A stretch of 64,000 bases of DNA from Candidatus Bathyarchaeota archaeon. Lineage in GTDB: Archaea; Thermoproteota; Bathyarchaeia; Bathyarchaeales; Bathyarchaeaceae. The notes below the pieces were generated by a model. The model had not been told where the DNA came from and ran no database searches. It saw only the letters and a list, made by a program, of their open reading frames with translations. The position numbers and the translations under genes are program-made. The stretch is taken from the NCBI GenBank assembly GCA_026967815.1, contig JAPUUO010000001.1, positions 4,034 to 68,033 of the forward strand. Direction: 5' to 3'. Within the stretch, counting starts at the first letter, position 1. Each line of letters starts with the position of its first letter. Shown here one piece after another: positions 8,872 to 18,140 of this stretch.

Positions 8872-8955
8872 GGGGGCAATTTCAATGAGCAGCACGGGGT
8901 CAATTTAGTTGGGTTTTAGGGGGGCAGTTTCTTTGACCACAACGGGGTTAATTTA
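8872..8955 (+). repeat. Four tandem ~24-bp units GGGG(G/T)(C/T)A(A/G)TTT (two 48-bp super-units)
   Basis: GGGGGCAATTTC 8872-8883, GGGGTCAATTTA 8896-8907, GGGGGGCAGTTTC 8919-8931, GGGGTTAATTTA 8944-8955. Spacing is 23-25 bp. Confidence 0.8.
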
Positions 8956-9011
8956 ACTGAGTTTTTCCAGTTTAGGTTTGGAAGAGTTAGACGGCTCAGA
9001 GGTTGCAGGGG

Positions 9012-9509
9012 CTATTTTACTGCCCGCTTCGGAGGCTCGTATTTCAGTCCGGTCAGTTTGTTGTTCGGCGGCTTGCGCCCGCGCTCGTCTTTGCAGTCAG
9101 TGCGCTCACAACGCCATTGTTTCAGATATTCAACGAGTGTGTTGAGGTAGCCGTTTTCTGCGGCGAGCCTCGCTATCTCGTCCTTGTCGGCATTGCGTCC
9201 GTGCTCGGAGTCTATCAGCTGTGAGGTGAGTTTGCGTATCTGCTCGGTCTTGCCGTCGAGAGCCTTGTTCTGCTCGGCTATCCGCTCGGCGTTGTCTTTC
9301 TCCATCTTGATATAGATGTCAAGGCTCTGCTGCTGGTGCGTTATCTGCATATGCAGCCTTTCAACCTCGGCCTTGTCGGCATCATGCTCGGCAAGCTCGG
9401 TCTCGGCATAGTCCTTGCGCTTTCGGTGGGGTAGGGCGAAGTGCATGATTATGTCCCCGACAAAACCGATGCCCAGCACGCTCAACACTATTGTCTGTAA
9501 TACTTCCAT
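9012..9509 (-). CDS. N-terminal-TMD coiled-coil protein (i-spanin-like or class-III-like holin)
   Basis: A TMD (VLQTIVLSVLGIGFVGDIIMHFAL) is followed by a long coiled coil and C-terminal Cys residues. Last gene of the lysis cluster. Confidence 0.4.
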   Translation of the reverse strand: MEVLQTIVLSVLGIGFVGDIIMHFALPHRKRKDYAETELAEHDADKAEVERLHMQITHQQQSLDIYIKMEKDNAERIAEQNKALDGKTEQIRKLTSQLIDSEHGRNADKDEIARLAAENGYLNTLVEYLKQWRCERTDCKDERGRKPPNNKLTGLKYEPPKRAVK

Positions 9510-9512
9510 CGC

Positions 9513-10067
9513 TTATTTCCTGAATTTCTTTATGACTAAACCTGTTGCAGCGACCGCAGCGACAATCACCGCAGCGGCCAGGCAGATTGCTGAGGCATCG
9601 GGCGGCTTGCTGACGGCGGTTGTCTCCTTGGCCTCGTCCTCGGTAGCCTCGTGGGTGGTGCGTCTCTCGGACATGACTGCTGACGAGTCGGCGGTCTCGG
9701 CGTGGTGAAGCTCCGCGCTGCCTTTGCCGGCGGTCAGGCTGTCGGCCTCGGCCATCATACGCGGCGCGTGTATGACCGCGCCTGACGGGAGGGTGACACT
9801 GTTGGCCACAAGCTGCATCTTCAAGTGCCGCATGGCCAGCGTCAGCCAGTTAATCACGCCGCTATCTGTGCGAGTGTAACGCACCACCGACGAGTCCACC
9901 GTCTGAGCTGCGCTGTCCCTTTCCGTGCGTTGTGTGTGCTTCTGAGAGGAACATCCCCCCAGGGTTATCATCAGCACCAACAGGATGATGATGACCGCCA
10001 CGCAGCCGCCCATCACGCGGTTCTGCGTCCGCTGCTCCCTCTCGATGTCAAATCTGTCTCGTGGCAT
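9513..10067 (-). CDS. Lipobox + C-terminal TMD protein (unimolecular-spanin-like architecture)
   Basis: Signal/lipobox VLMITLGGC-SS (possible start at M19) and C-terminal TMD ICLAAAVIVAAVAATGLVI-KKFRK. Lies directly downstream of the amidase. Confidence 0.45.
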   Translation of the reverse strand: MPRDRFDIEREQRTQNRVMGGCVAVIIILLVLMITLGGCSSQKHTQRTERDSAAQTVDSSVVRYTRTDSGVINWLTLAMRHLKMQLVANSVTLPSGAVIHAPRMMAEADSLTAGKGSAELHHAETADSSAVMSERRTTHEATEDEAKETTAVSKPPDASAICLAAAVIVAAVAATGLVIKKFRK

Positions 10068-10069
10068 GG

Positions 10070-10519
10070 TCAGATGTTTTTATATTCAGGTATAGCATCA
10101 AAGCAGGGGCATTCCTTGACACGTTCCCACGGGTCGATGATACCGTTGTGGTTGCGGTCCACGCTCGCAATGTCGCGGTGCCCGAGGATGCGGGCATGGG
10201 GATAGCGCATGCGAAGCTCGCGCAGCAGACGCACGAGGGCTTCCTTCTGTTGCGCCGTGCGGTTGTCTGTGCCGCGCCCCTTGCCGTCTATGCCGCCCAC
10301 GTATGCTATGTTTATGCTGTCTCCGTTGTGGCCTCTCACCCCGTTGCTTATCCTGTCCTCCGCGAGGGTGCATACGGTGTGTCCGTCACGTTCCACTATG
10401 TAGTGGTAGCCCGGGGCTTTCCACCCGAGCTGGGTGCGGTGGTAGCGGACGATGTCGTCCGCGCTCTGTGTCTGCGCCCCTGCGGTGCAGTGGACGACGA
10501 TGTTGTTGATCTTTCTCAT
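10070..10519 (-). CDS. N-acetylmuramoyl-L-alanine amidase (Amidase_2/PGRP-type endolysin)
   Basis: From ATG 10519: MRKINNIVVHCTAG..GYHYIVERDG..NIAYVGG..ILGHRD. The Gly/Arg-rich upstream extension in the ORF track is rejected. Confidence 0.8.
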   Translation of the reverse strand: MRKINNIVVHCTAGAQTQSADDIVRYHRTQLGWKAPGYHYIVERDGHTVCTLAEDRISNGVRGHNGDSINIAYVGGIDGKGRGTDNRTAQQKEALVRLLRELRMRYPHARILGHRDIASVDRNHNGIIDPWERVKECPCFDAIPEYKNI

Positions 10520-10581
10520 AAAATATGGTATGAATGGTGTTAATGCTATGCTGTCGGTCAGCGCGTCGCCGTATGAAAGGC

Positions 10582-10833
10582 TCACTCCGCGCCCTCCCCG
10601 GTGGCCGTGCCGCCGTTCGCGGCCTGTTCCTCGGCCTCCTGTGCCAGTCTGCGCTGTTCCTGTTCCCATGCCTCCACCTCGGAATCAGTGACCTCCGAGT
10701 AGTTGTCGGGCGAGTCCCCCTGCCCCAGATAGGCCGTCGTGGTGGCCGTGGAGAGGTCGCCGAGATATACGATGCGGTATCCGTCGGCTACTGTGAGTTT
10801 GCGCATGCCGTTTGCTGTTGTTGTCTGTTGCAT
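10582..10833 (-). CDS. Hypothetical protein
   Basis: 83-aa ORF between the tape measure and the amidase. No TMD. Confidence 0.45.
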   Translation of the reverse strand: MQQTTTANGMRKLTVADGYRIVYLGDLSTATTTAYLGQGDSPDNYSEVTDSEVEAWEQEQRRLAQEAEEQAANGGTATGEGAE

Positions 10834-10924
10834 GATTCGTTATTATGTATGTTAATATTCTTTTTGATTATATAATGCAAACTGATATTTAGTGTGTTGA
10901 GTAATCATATCTCATATCCCGCCA

Positions 10925-13900
10925 TCATGTCGTGTATCGCGAGTTGACAGCCCAGCTCCCCCCCCTCGTCGTCACCACCCTCCCCAGCAGGGTGTGTATC
11001 TCCGCTATGTGGTGCTCTATCCTCGGCAGACTGCTCAGGTGAGCGTTCGCCGTCTCCATCATCGGCGTGTAGTCTATAGTTCCAGTCACCCCTGCTCCTG
11101 TAGTCCCGGCCTCCATAAGCCGCCTGATAGCCCACACATTCTCGTTCACCATCGCCATGTAGTGCGTCTGCGTCGTCAGAGCTGCCGTGTTCGCGTTAAC
11201 CTCCTCGCTCGTCGCCGACCCTACGGACTTCGCTATTCCGCGTGCCTCCTCCGCATCGCCACGGCTCTGGTAGCCCCACTGCTCAGCCCACGCCATGATG
11301 GCGGCTCCGGCAGCGTTCGCGTCGCGAGCACCCTTGTCCGCCGTCTCCATCACCCTCTCCCAGAAGCCCCGGTCGTAGAAGTCCCCCTCCTCCATCCTGT
11401 CTATCATGTCGAACGTCGGCTTCAGCGCACGCTCCATGGCCCGCGCCATCAGCCCCTCAGTCACCATGTTCTCCACCATCTCCCTGAATTTCTTCCCCAT
11501 CGCATCCGCCGTGTTCCCGAACTCCCTGTAGGCCTCCACCCACGCTTTTGCAAAGTCCCTCGCCGTTGATGACAGGTCTGACCCTATCAGCTGCTCGGCC
11601 ACCTTTCCTTGCAGCTCCGCCAGCCTGTCCATCGTCTCGCGGTACGAGTTCTCGTAATCCCTCAGCTTATCCTCGTCCGTTTTCTTCCCCTTGCTCCGCT
11701 CGGCCTCTGCCTGTTTTCGGTACGCTTCGGCCTGAGCTTGTAAATTTTTCTGTTGGGCTTTGATGTTCCCCACCATTTCTGACCCGAACACACGCTCCAT
11801 TGCCTTTTCGAGCCGACCGTAAGCATACTCCAGCTCCTCCAGTATCCGCTCCTGACGCTCAATCTCTTTGTTTGCCTTGCGGACTTTTGACCCCGTGAGC
11901 CATGAGCCTATGGCAGAGAAAGCTGCTATCGCTCCACCGATTGCCAATAGCCACCAACAAGCCGCCTCGATAGCTATTGCAATAGCGAGTATGGTTGTCA
12001 TTATTGTTGCCGCATTGTTCAGCCCCGACACAAGTCCGTTTACAATATCGCCAAGTTCGCTATCTTCCGCAACACCCATCATGTCGGCGATTGTTTGTAT
12101 TGAGCTTGCCGCAGAGCTGAAAGCGTTTGCCATTGCATTGACGTTCTTTGATAGTTTGGCGATAGCTGCTTTTTGAGCGTCAATGGCGTCTGTGGTGTTC
12201 TGTTCCGCTTTGTTGACCTGTTCAACAGCCTTGTTGCGCTTTTCGGTAGCTTGCGTTACTTTGGTTGTGGCATCGTTAAGGGCAAGTTGAGCCGCAACCC
12301 CCTCGTCAGTATTCAGCTTTCCCTGAGCCTCCAAGTCAGTAACACGCTGCTGTGCTATCGCTTGCTCAGCTTTGGCGGTTTGAATTGCCATATTCAGACC
12401 GACCTCTTGCTGTGCGAACTCGGCTTTTACCCTTGCTTCTTCGGCTTCTGCTGTTCGGTAGTCCTTACGGGCTTTTGCATACTCCTTGAAGCTGTCGATT
12501 ATTCCCTCTATCGGGTTCCTCGTTTCTCTCTCCTCGTTTATCTTGTCAAGTTGCTCGACAAGCGATTTCAAGCCCTCCACATTCTCAGTGTCTTTGACCG
12601 TAGCTATCATCTCCTGCAAACGCTTCTTCATACGGTCAAGAGTCTGAGTGGAAACGCGGTCAAGATCTTGGAACACCTTTATATAATCGTCGCTTGACTT
12701 AAATTCGTCAACAGCGAGTTTAGCCAATTCCTGCGCCTGTTTGTCATAGGACAAAGACACAAGACGGTTACGCTCCTGTGGGTCACGCGTTTCCTTAATT
12801 ATCTTTGCACGTTTCTCGCTCTCTCGCCGTATAATCTCCGTGCGCTGCTCCTCATAGCTCTGCGCTTTTGCCAGCTCTTTCTGCCAATTTGATATATTGG
12901 TGGCCACCTCTTTTTGACCCTCCTGCGCTATCTTCTGCGCCGTGTCACGGTTCTTTTCAATGATGTCGTTCTGATACTTCTCGTATATGTCAGCAAGCAT
13001 CTTGTAGTCGATGCGCTGATTCGTCATGTCAAATACGGGTTCAAGGTCAATCACGACATCCTCCTTGCCACTCTTGAACACTTCCCGAATCTGCGCCACC
13101 GTGTCCTCAAACAGCTCCTCACCCGTAGAGCCGTAGATGCTCAACGACACACGGTTAGCCAACTCCACATCCCCCGTCTGACTAAGTATCTTCTCATAAA
13201 ACTCCTTCGCAGTCTTGGTGCGCGATATGCGGTCGGCAAGGCGTTTCAGCTCGGCTTCGATTTCTCTTTGTTGCTTGTCAATTGCGCTCTTGTCGCGCTT
13301 AAACCCAAGCTCAATAAGTATCTTGTCAGCGTTTTTGATGCCGAGGCGGTTGATTTCCTTGATAATGGCATCATACCATTTCTGCACGTCCTCGATGGTC
13401 TGCGGCACTTCAAATGCAGGGAGCTTGAATTTGTATTTGTCTGCCATTTTCTGCATATCGGCAAAAGATGATGCGAACAGTTTTTGAGTGTCTGCCAACG
13501 CTTTTGTCTGCCCCTCTTTTCTCAGCAAGTCGTCATACTCCTTGTTGATTTGCGCCATTTTGTTGGCAATGTCGTTGAGGATTTGCAGACGCGGGTCGGA
13601 TTGGCGAGTGCCACCACCAGACGTGCTTTTACCAAGAATTTCAGCCATTTTTGAATAAAATTCTTCAAGGTCTTTTGCATTCTCCAATTTATCTGCAATT
13701 TCCTTGTATGCCAATGAAATCACAGGGGTGGCGGCTAAAACTTTTGTAAGGTTTTCAACCTGTTTAGCATAATCCTTAGCGGTATCATTTATTTTCTTTC
13801 GATAGGCTTCCAGCCCCTCTGTTGCACCCATCATATTGCCCCTGACTTTATCGATAAGCCCCATGCTATTGGCAAGTTCCTCAAACTTACTGCGAACACT

Positions 13901-16564
13901 TCTGACAACTGCGTCTTTTGGCACAATTTCATTATATCCCTTTGCAATGTTATCAAGTAACTTTTTTATATCGCTGTGACCGCTACCGAGGGCATTTTTT
14001 ATTGCCTGAATATTGATTGTGGCTATATCGGCAATGTTGAATGCTTTGTCGTTATCTATGTTGAACCATTCATTTTCAATCTTGATATTCTCGGCTTTAA
14101 GAGCATCAACAATAACACCGCCCCATGTCCTTATCTGCTCCGCATTTACCTCCTGTTGATATGCGAATGTATCACTTTTAAACCCTTGTGGAATAAAGTC
14201 AGCCATGTGTTTCTTGGCATCCTCCATAGCCTTTGTATATTTGCCAAGAGCCCCTTCTAATCCTTCATAATAACTTAAAGTTCCTGAAACTTCTTCGTTG
14301 TATTTTCGGGTTGCATTCGCAAGGTCATTGATATAACCATCTTCGGGAAATAAAGCCTTGTAGGTTATCGCAGTTGTGCCAAACATTAATGGCAGGTTCT
14401 TTCCAAACCATTCAAGGGCTTTATTCCAAAAGCCTTTTTCTTCGGCGATTGAGTTTGCAAGTTTTTCTCCCCCCTCAATCCCGGCTTCGTTAAACGCGGC
14501 CACAATCTGCTCTTTGAGCGACTTTGAGGTGTCTTGTGCTTGCTTTTCAAATTCAGCAAAGAATCGAGTACGTTCCTCAACCCCTAAACCTTGTTTATCA
14601 AACCAATCATACAGGTTCTTCATTGCGGTTATACGTTTTGCCCCAAATTCTTCCTCAATAGCACCCAATGCTTTCTGCTTTTGCTGTTGGGCGATATAAT
14701 TTCGTATGGATTCAGTTAGACTTTTATATCCCTCGGCTGCGCTATCTGCTCCACTTCTTAATTTCCGTAGATTCTCAATTGACATATCTTCAACAGGAAT
14801 CATATCCTTGAATGTGCGGTGCAGCTCATCGAGTTTGTCTTTCTGTTCTTTTGACCCATCTGCCGCCTTGATTGCAGCATCAGCAAGATATTCAAAATTG
14901 CGGACTGACTGCGAAGCCAATGTAATACGTTCCGCGTCTATTTCGTTCAACTTACGGTCAAGACGATGTGCGTTCTCGTAGGCTTCAAACAATTTATATA
15001 CGAGTGTTGTAACCGCTGTAATAGCCAATCCGATGCCTAACCCTGCTCCAATGGATTTTGCAACTGACACAAATCCGCTTTTGAGCAAGCCCATTCGGGT
15101 AGTGGCCTTTTGCGCCGCGACTTCATCCGCTTTTGCTTTTTGCAAGGTCGCCCATGCTGCGTTTATTTCATCAACAGTTGCTTTTTCATTCAATTTCGCC
15201 AACTGTAAGACAGCAGCTTTTCTTCGCTCGGTTGCTGCCGCTGCTGCGGATTGAGCGGCTTCGACCCTTTGACTTGCAGTTGAATATTTGTATAGCGCAA
15301 GGATGGCGGCATTGGGGAGAATGAAATATTGAGCTGTATTTGCAACGGCTTTCCAATTCCTCATCAATTCCGTCAGCAGACCAATGGCTGTTTTCATGCC
15401 TTGGTTTACGCTCTCTGTATTACCGATTTCATCGTACATTACCGAAGCAGCGTCACCAAGTTTCGCCCATAGACCGAACAATGTGTTGCCCTGCTTCTCT
15501 TGAATGTTATAGAATTGACCGCCTGCGGATGTCATATCCTTGAATACCTCCTCAACCATTTCAAAAGAAATGGCTCGTTTGGATATTAAGTCCATGACTT
15601 CTGCGGCTGTATATCCTCGTCCGTTCAGTTCTTCGAGTTTCTTCGCCAACTTGTCAACGAGGGGTATTCCCATTTCAGTTGCCTGCCTTAATTCACTCGC
15701 GCGAAGATAACCTGTTGCGAAAACCTGCCCGAAAAATAATGTCGCACGTGACATATCCGTACCTAATCCGACGGAAATATCTGTCAGCATCTTAGTCGTG
15801 TCAAACAACTTCTTTGTCTCAACCCCATACGCCGCTACTTGCTTTGTATATTTTGTCAAGTCCATAATTGACACGGGCGACTTCAAAGCAAATGTCTTGA
15901 TTTCGGAGAAAAGCTGATTGGCTTTGTTCGTATCTTGAATTATTGCACCGAGAGAAACCCTCTGCAATTCAAACTGAGCCGTGACCTCTCTGATATTGGT
16001 TAGGAAATTCTGTACTTGCTGAACGCTCCATACTGCCACCATTTTCTTTAGGAGGCGTTCAATATAAAAAGTTTGAGAGTCGTATGCTTTTGTTAGATTA
16101 TTAACCGCAGTGGTCGCTTTATTAGCCGCTGTTGCAGACTTTTCTCTTGCGGCGGCTAATTTTAGCTCGGCTTGTTCCGCTTTTGCTGCTCTCTGACGAG
16201 CCAATTCACGGGCTGCTGCTGCTTTGGCTTCAATTTCATCAACTCTTGCACCTCGTACCTCCGCAGTTCCGACACTTCTGCTTGAATATTTCTGCACTTG
16301 TTCAAGAGCTTTGGCGAGAACCGTCAATTCCCTCGCAAGTTCTTTGATTGCGGATTTCGTTTCGGGAGTAATTGGCTCAATCTTTAACTGAGCAAGGCGG
16401 GTCTTAACATCCGTCAAATTCTCAAAATCGAGTTTCACCTTGACAGCTCGTTTGGCTAAGATTGACTCCAACTTAGCCGCGTACTTCTTATCCCATTCTT
16501 GCCCTGCTTCTTCGACCGCTTTTTGGAGGTCAAACCCTATCGGAAATATCAAATTATCCGCCAT
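10925..16564 (-). CDS. Tail tape measure protein (1879 aa)
   Basis: Very long, Ala/Lys/Glu-rich coiled-coil protein with hydrophobic segments (AIAIEAACWWLLAIGGAIAAFSAIGSWL). Sits downstream of the tail chaperones. Confidence 0.85.
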   Translation of the reverse strand: MADNLIFPIGFDLQKAVEEAGQEWDKKYAAKLESILAKRAVKVKLDFENLTDVKTRLAQLKIEPITPETKSAIKELARELTVLAKALEQVQKYSSRSVGTAEVRGARVDEIEAKAAAARELARQRAAKAEQAELKLAAAREKSATAANKATTAVNNLTKAYDSQTFYIERLLKKMVAVWSVQQVQNFLTNIREVTAQFELQRVSLGAIIQDTNKANQLFSEIKTFALKSPVSIMDLTKYTKQVAAYGVETKKLFDTTKMLTDISVGLGTDMSRATLFFGQVFATGYLRASELRQATEMGIPLVDKLAKKLEELNGRGYTAAEVMDLISKRAISFEMVEEVFKDMTSAGGQFYNIQEKQGNTLFGLWAKLGDAASVMYDEIGNTESVNQGMKTAIGLLTELMRNWKAVANTAQYFILPNAAILALYKYSTASQRVEAAQSAAAAATERRKAAVLQLAKLNEKATVDEINAAWATLQKAKADEVAAQKATTRMGLLKSGFVSVAKSIGAGLGIGLAITAVTTLVYKLFEAYENAHRLDRKLNEIDAERITLASQSVRNFEYLADAAIKAADGSKEQKDKLDELHRTFKDMIPVEDMSIENLRKLRSGADSAAEGYKSLTESIRNYIAQQQKQKALGAIEEEFGAKRITAMKNLYDWFDKQGLGVEERTRFFAEFEKQAQDTSKSLKEQIVAAFNEAGIEGGEKLANSIAEEKGFWNKALEWFGKNLPLMFGTTAITYKALFPEDGYINDLANATRKYNEEVSGTLSYYEGLEGALGKYTKAMEDAKKHMADFIPQGFKSDTFAYQQEVNAEQIRTWGGVIVDALKAENIKIENEWFNIDNDKAFNIADIATINIQAIKNALGSGHSDIKKLLDNIAKGYNEIVPKDAVVRSVRSKFEELANSMGLIDKVRGNMMGATEGLEAYRKKINDTAKDYAKQVENLTKVLAATPVISLAYKEIADKLENAKDLEEFYSKMAEILGKSTSGGGTRQSDPRLQILNDIANKMAQINKEYDDLLRKEGQTKALADTQKLFASSFADMQKMADKYKFKLPAFEVPQTIEDVQKWYDAIIKEINRLGIKNADKILIELGFKRDKSAIDKQQREIEAELKRLADRISRTKTAKEFYEKILSQTGDVELANRVSLSIYGSTGEELFEDTVAQIREVFKSGKEDVVIDLEPVFDMTNQRIDYKMLADIYEKYQNDIIEKNRDTAQKIAQEGQKEVATNISNWQKELAKAQSYEEQRTEIIRRESEKRAKIIKETRDPQERNRLVSLSYDKQAQELAKLAVDEFKSSDDYIKVFQDLDRVSTQTLDRMKKRLQEMIATVKDTENVEGLKSLVEQLDKINEERETRNPIEGIIDSFKEYAKARKDYRTAEAEEARVKAEFAQQEVGLNMAIQTAKAEQAIAQQRVTDLEAQGKLNTDEGVAAQLALNDATTKVTQATEKRNKAVEQVNKAEQNTTDAIDAQKAAIAKLSKNVNAMANAFSSAASSIQTIADMMGVAEDSELGDIVNGLVSGLNNAATIMTTILAIAIAIEAACWWLLAIGGAIAAFSAIGSWLTGSKVRKANKEIERQERILEELEYAYGRLEKAMERVFGSEMVGNIKAQQKNLQAQAEAYRKQAEAERSKGKKTDEDKLRDYENSYRETMDRLAELQGKVAEQLIGSDLSSTARDFAKAWVEAYREFGNTADAMGKKFREMVENMVTEGLMARAMERALKPTFDMIDRMEEGDFYDRGFWERVMETADKGARDANAAGAAIMAWAEQWGYQSRGDAEEARGIAKSVGSATSEEVNANTAALTTQTHYMAMVNENVWAIRRLMEAGTTGAGVTGTIDYTPMMETANAHLSSLPRIEHHIAEIHTLLGRVVTTRGGSWAVNSRYTT

Positions 16565-16648
16565 TGCTTATATTGTGTTGTAAAACATAGCCAATTCAGG
16601 CGTTTGTTTGTTGTTGTTTTTGTATCTTTGTGGATTAAATCAAGTTTT

Positions 16649-16816
16649 ATGAACTACTTCGACACTTTTATGGGGCTGACCCTATTGGAAGATATATTTG
16701 GTGGACTTAAAGATTTAGCCACCTCTCCCGACACTGCCAAATGGTTTTGGGGCATAGCTGTTGGGCTAATTGTGGTGTTGTCAATCTCATTATTCATCGT
16801 CAAACTTTTCTGTTGA
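16649..16816 (+). CDS. Small membrane protein (55 aa), opposite-strand cassette gene a
   Basis: ATG 16649 follows -7 box TATCTTTG (16623-16630). C-terminal TMD WFWGIAVGLIVVLSISLFIV. Confidence 0.5.
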   Translation: MNYFDTFMGLTLLEDIFGGLKDLATSPDTAKWFWGIAVGLIVVLSISLFIVKLFC

Positions 16817-16817
16817 A

Positions 16818-17201
16818 ATGGCGCAACTTGTAATCCTCGCCGTCCTTTTGATTTTCGTCGGCTTTATCGGCTTCAGTATTTTTCGTAATCGCAAATCTGA
16901 TGGGACGGCAAACCTTGAAAAAACTTTGTCTTTTGACCCCACGTCTGATATTGAACCGATACAATCTGCATCTACGCCAAGTCCCGATTTTACACATAAG
17001 CCTTGTGCGTTAGCCGTGACCCTACGGATTGTCGGCGTGGTAAACATATTTGCCGCCATTATTTTAGGGCTTGTGTTGGCCGATGATTTTGGTTGGGTTA
17101 TATCCATAGCCGTAATTCTTTCAGGTTGTCTTGGTTGCTTGTTTTGTTATGCGTTTGCCAAGTGCGTAGAGGCAGCTGACAAGTATCTGAATAGCCATTA
17201 A
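16818..17201 (+). CDS. Three-TMD membrane protein (127 aa), cassette gene b
   Basis: ATG 16818 lies 1 nt after the gene a stop. TMDs: LVILAVLLIFVGFIGFSIF, LRIVGVVNIFAAIILGLVLA, VISIAVILSGCLGCLFCYAFA. Confidence 0.55.
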   Translation: MAQLVILAVLLIFVGFIGFSIFRNRKSDGTANLEKTLSFDPTSDIEPIQSASTPSPDFTHKPCALAVTLRIVGVVNIFAAIILGLVLADDFGWVISIAVILSGCLGCLFCYAFAKCVEAADKYLNSH

Positions 17202-17207
17202 AGCACA

Positions 17208-17247
17208 AGAGCCACCCGCGATTCCTCGCGAATGGCTCTTTGGCTCT
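17208..17247. terminator. Hairpin AGAGCCA..TGGCTCT plus extra GGCTCT (AGAGCC-doublet element, copy 1)
   Basis: AGAGCCA 17208-17214 pairs with TGGCTCT 17233-17239 (inner stem CGCGA/TCGCG), then TT and GGCTCT 17242-17247. Confidence 0.6.
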
Positions 17248-17266
17248 AACGGTCATATTTATTGTG

Positions 17267-17298
17267 CAAAGATAGTAAAAAATATAATCGATAGCAAA
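17267..17298 (-). promoter_or_regulatory. Canonical Bacteroidota promoter pointing toward the tape-measure gene
   Basis: Minus strand reads TTTG (17298-17295) - N20 - TATCTTTG (17274-17267). Confidence 0.5.
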
Positions 17299-17385
17299 TT
17301 GCTCGGTTTGTTGTTCTAATGTTCATGTCTATATTGAATTAGATATTTGAATAATACACAAACACCTATGGAATAGACGATTATA

Positions 17386-17417
17386 TTTGCTATTGTCAAC
17401 TTTTTACACTAACTTTG
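17386..17417 (+). promoter_or_regulatory. Canonical promoter of cassette gene c
   Basis: TTTG 17386-17389 - N20 - TAACTTTG 17410-17417, with the ATG at 17453. Confidence 0.55.
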
Positions 17418-17452
17418 CGTTGAAATAGTAAACCCAAAGCCCTTGAGCTTTT

Positions 17453-18130
17453 ATGGAACCTGTCACTCGCTTCATAGAGCAAAACTTCGGACTGTCATTT
17501 CTTGTAGGAGTGATAGTCGTTGGAACTGTTATCAGCGGAATTGTATGGATTACAATTTGGGCTGTCAAGCTAACCAATAAGCATAAAGACGTGTCAAAGC
17601 GCATTGATGATGTACCGTGCCCTCACCACACATCCAAAATAGAGAGGCATGATGAGCAATTTGCAGATACTCGTGCTTTAATGAGCCGAATGGAGGGACA
17701 ACTTGAATTATGGGTGCAAAATTCGATAGAAAAGAGCAATAGTAAAATAAAGAAAAAATCGGGGCTTGCGTTTAGTGCAAAACACAGTCCACGACAGTTG
17801 AATGGGAATGGCATAGAGCTATTAAACGATTGCGGTGGCAAGGATTTTCTTGAAGCCAATATGAGTTTCTTCATAGACAAAATGGAGAAGTTAAAACCCA
17901 AAACAGCTCTTGATGTTGAGGATATGGCTTTGGCTATTCTGCAAACCCATACTAATGAGGATATGTTTATTCCACTCAAAAGTTGGGTTTACAATGCTCC
18001 GTCAAGAGAACTTAAGAACCCCAATGGTTCTACAAAAACGCAGGATGTTGATTTAGACGATGTGATATTTGTTTTGTCACTTCCATTGAGAGACAAATAC
18101 CTTGAACTCCATCCTGAAATTATTAAATAA
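17453..18130 (+). CDS. Membrane-anchored protein (225 aa), cassette gene c; candidate superinfection-exclusion/abortive-infection factor
   Basis: N-terminal TMD FLVGVIVVGTVISGIVWITIWAV followed by a soluble C-terminal domain. It has its own promoter and terminator, is AT-rich, and is on the opposite strand to the surrounding tail genes. Confidence 0.35.
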   Translation: MEPVTRFIEQNFGLSFLVGVIVVGTVISGIVWITIWAVKLTNKHKDVSKRIDDVPCPHHTSKIERHDEQFADTRALMSRMEGQLELWVQNSIEKSNSKIKKKSGLAFSAKHSPRQLNGNGIELLNDCGGKDFLEANMSFFIDKMEKLKPKTALDVEDMALAILQTHTNEDMFIPLKSWVYNAPSRELKNPNGSTKTQDVDLDDVIFVLSLPLRDKYLELHPEIIK

Positions 18131-18140
18131 TGAAATATAG

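Noticed and set aside
8872-8955. CRISPR-like array
   Set aside because: There are only four degenerate ~24-bp units with no unique spacers and no cas genes. The periodic protein-binding-site interpretation fits better.
8367-8955. Intact IS21-family insertion sequence
   Set aside because: Only the first ~60 aa resemble IstA. There is no DDE domain, no IstB ATPase, and no matching right end within the expected 2-2.5 kb.
10520-10669. N-terminal Gly/Arg-rich extension of the amidase ORF (start 10669)
   Set aside because: The low-complexity GTGTAQTGTGGRGTGRERRHGHRGGRG is untypical. The ATG at 10519 gives a canonical Amidase_2 N-terminus.
10994-16347. Numerous plus-strand ORFs inside the tape-measure gene
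   Set aside because: They are antisense to a 1879-codon ORF with clear TMP character. Their translations are Leu/Ser/Phe-rich mirror-frame artefacts.
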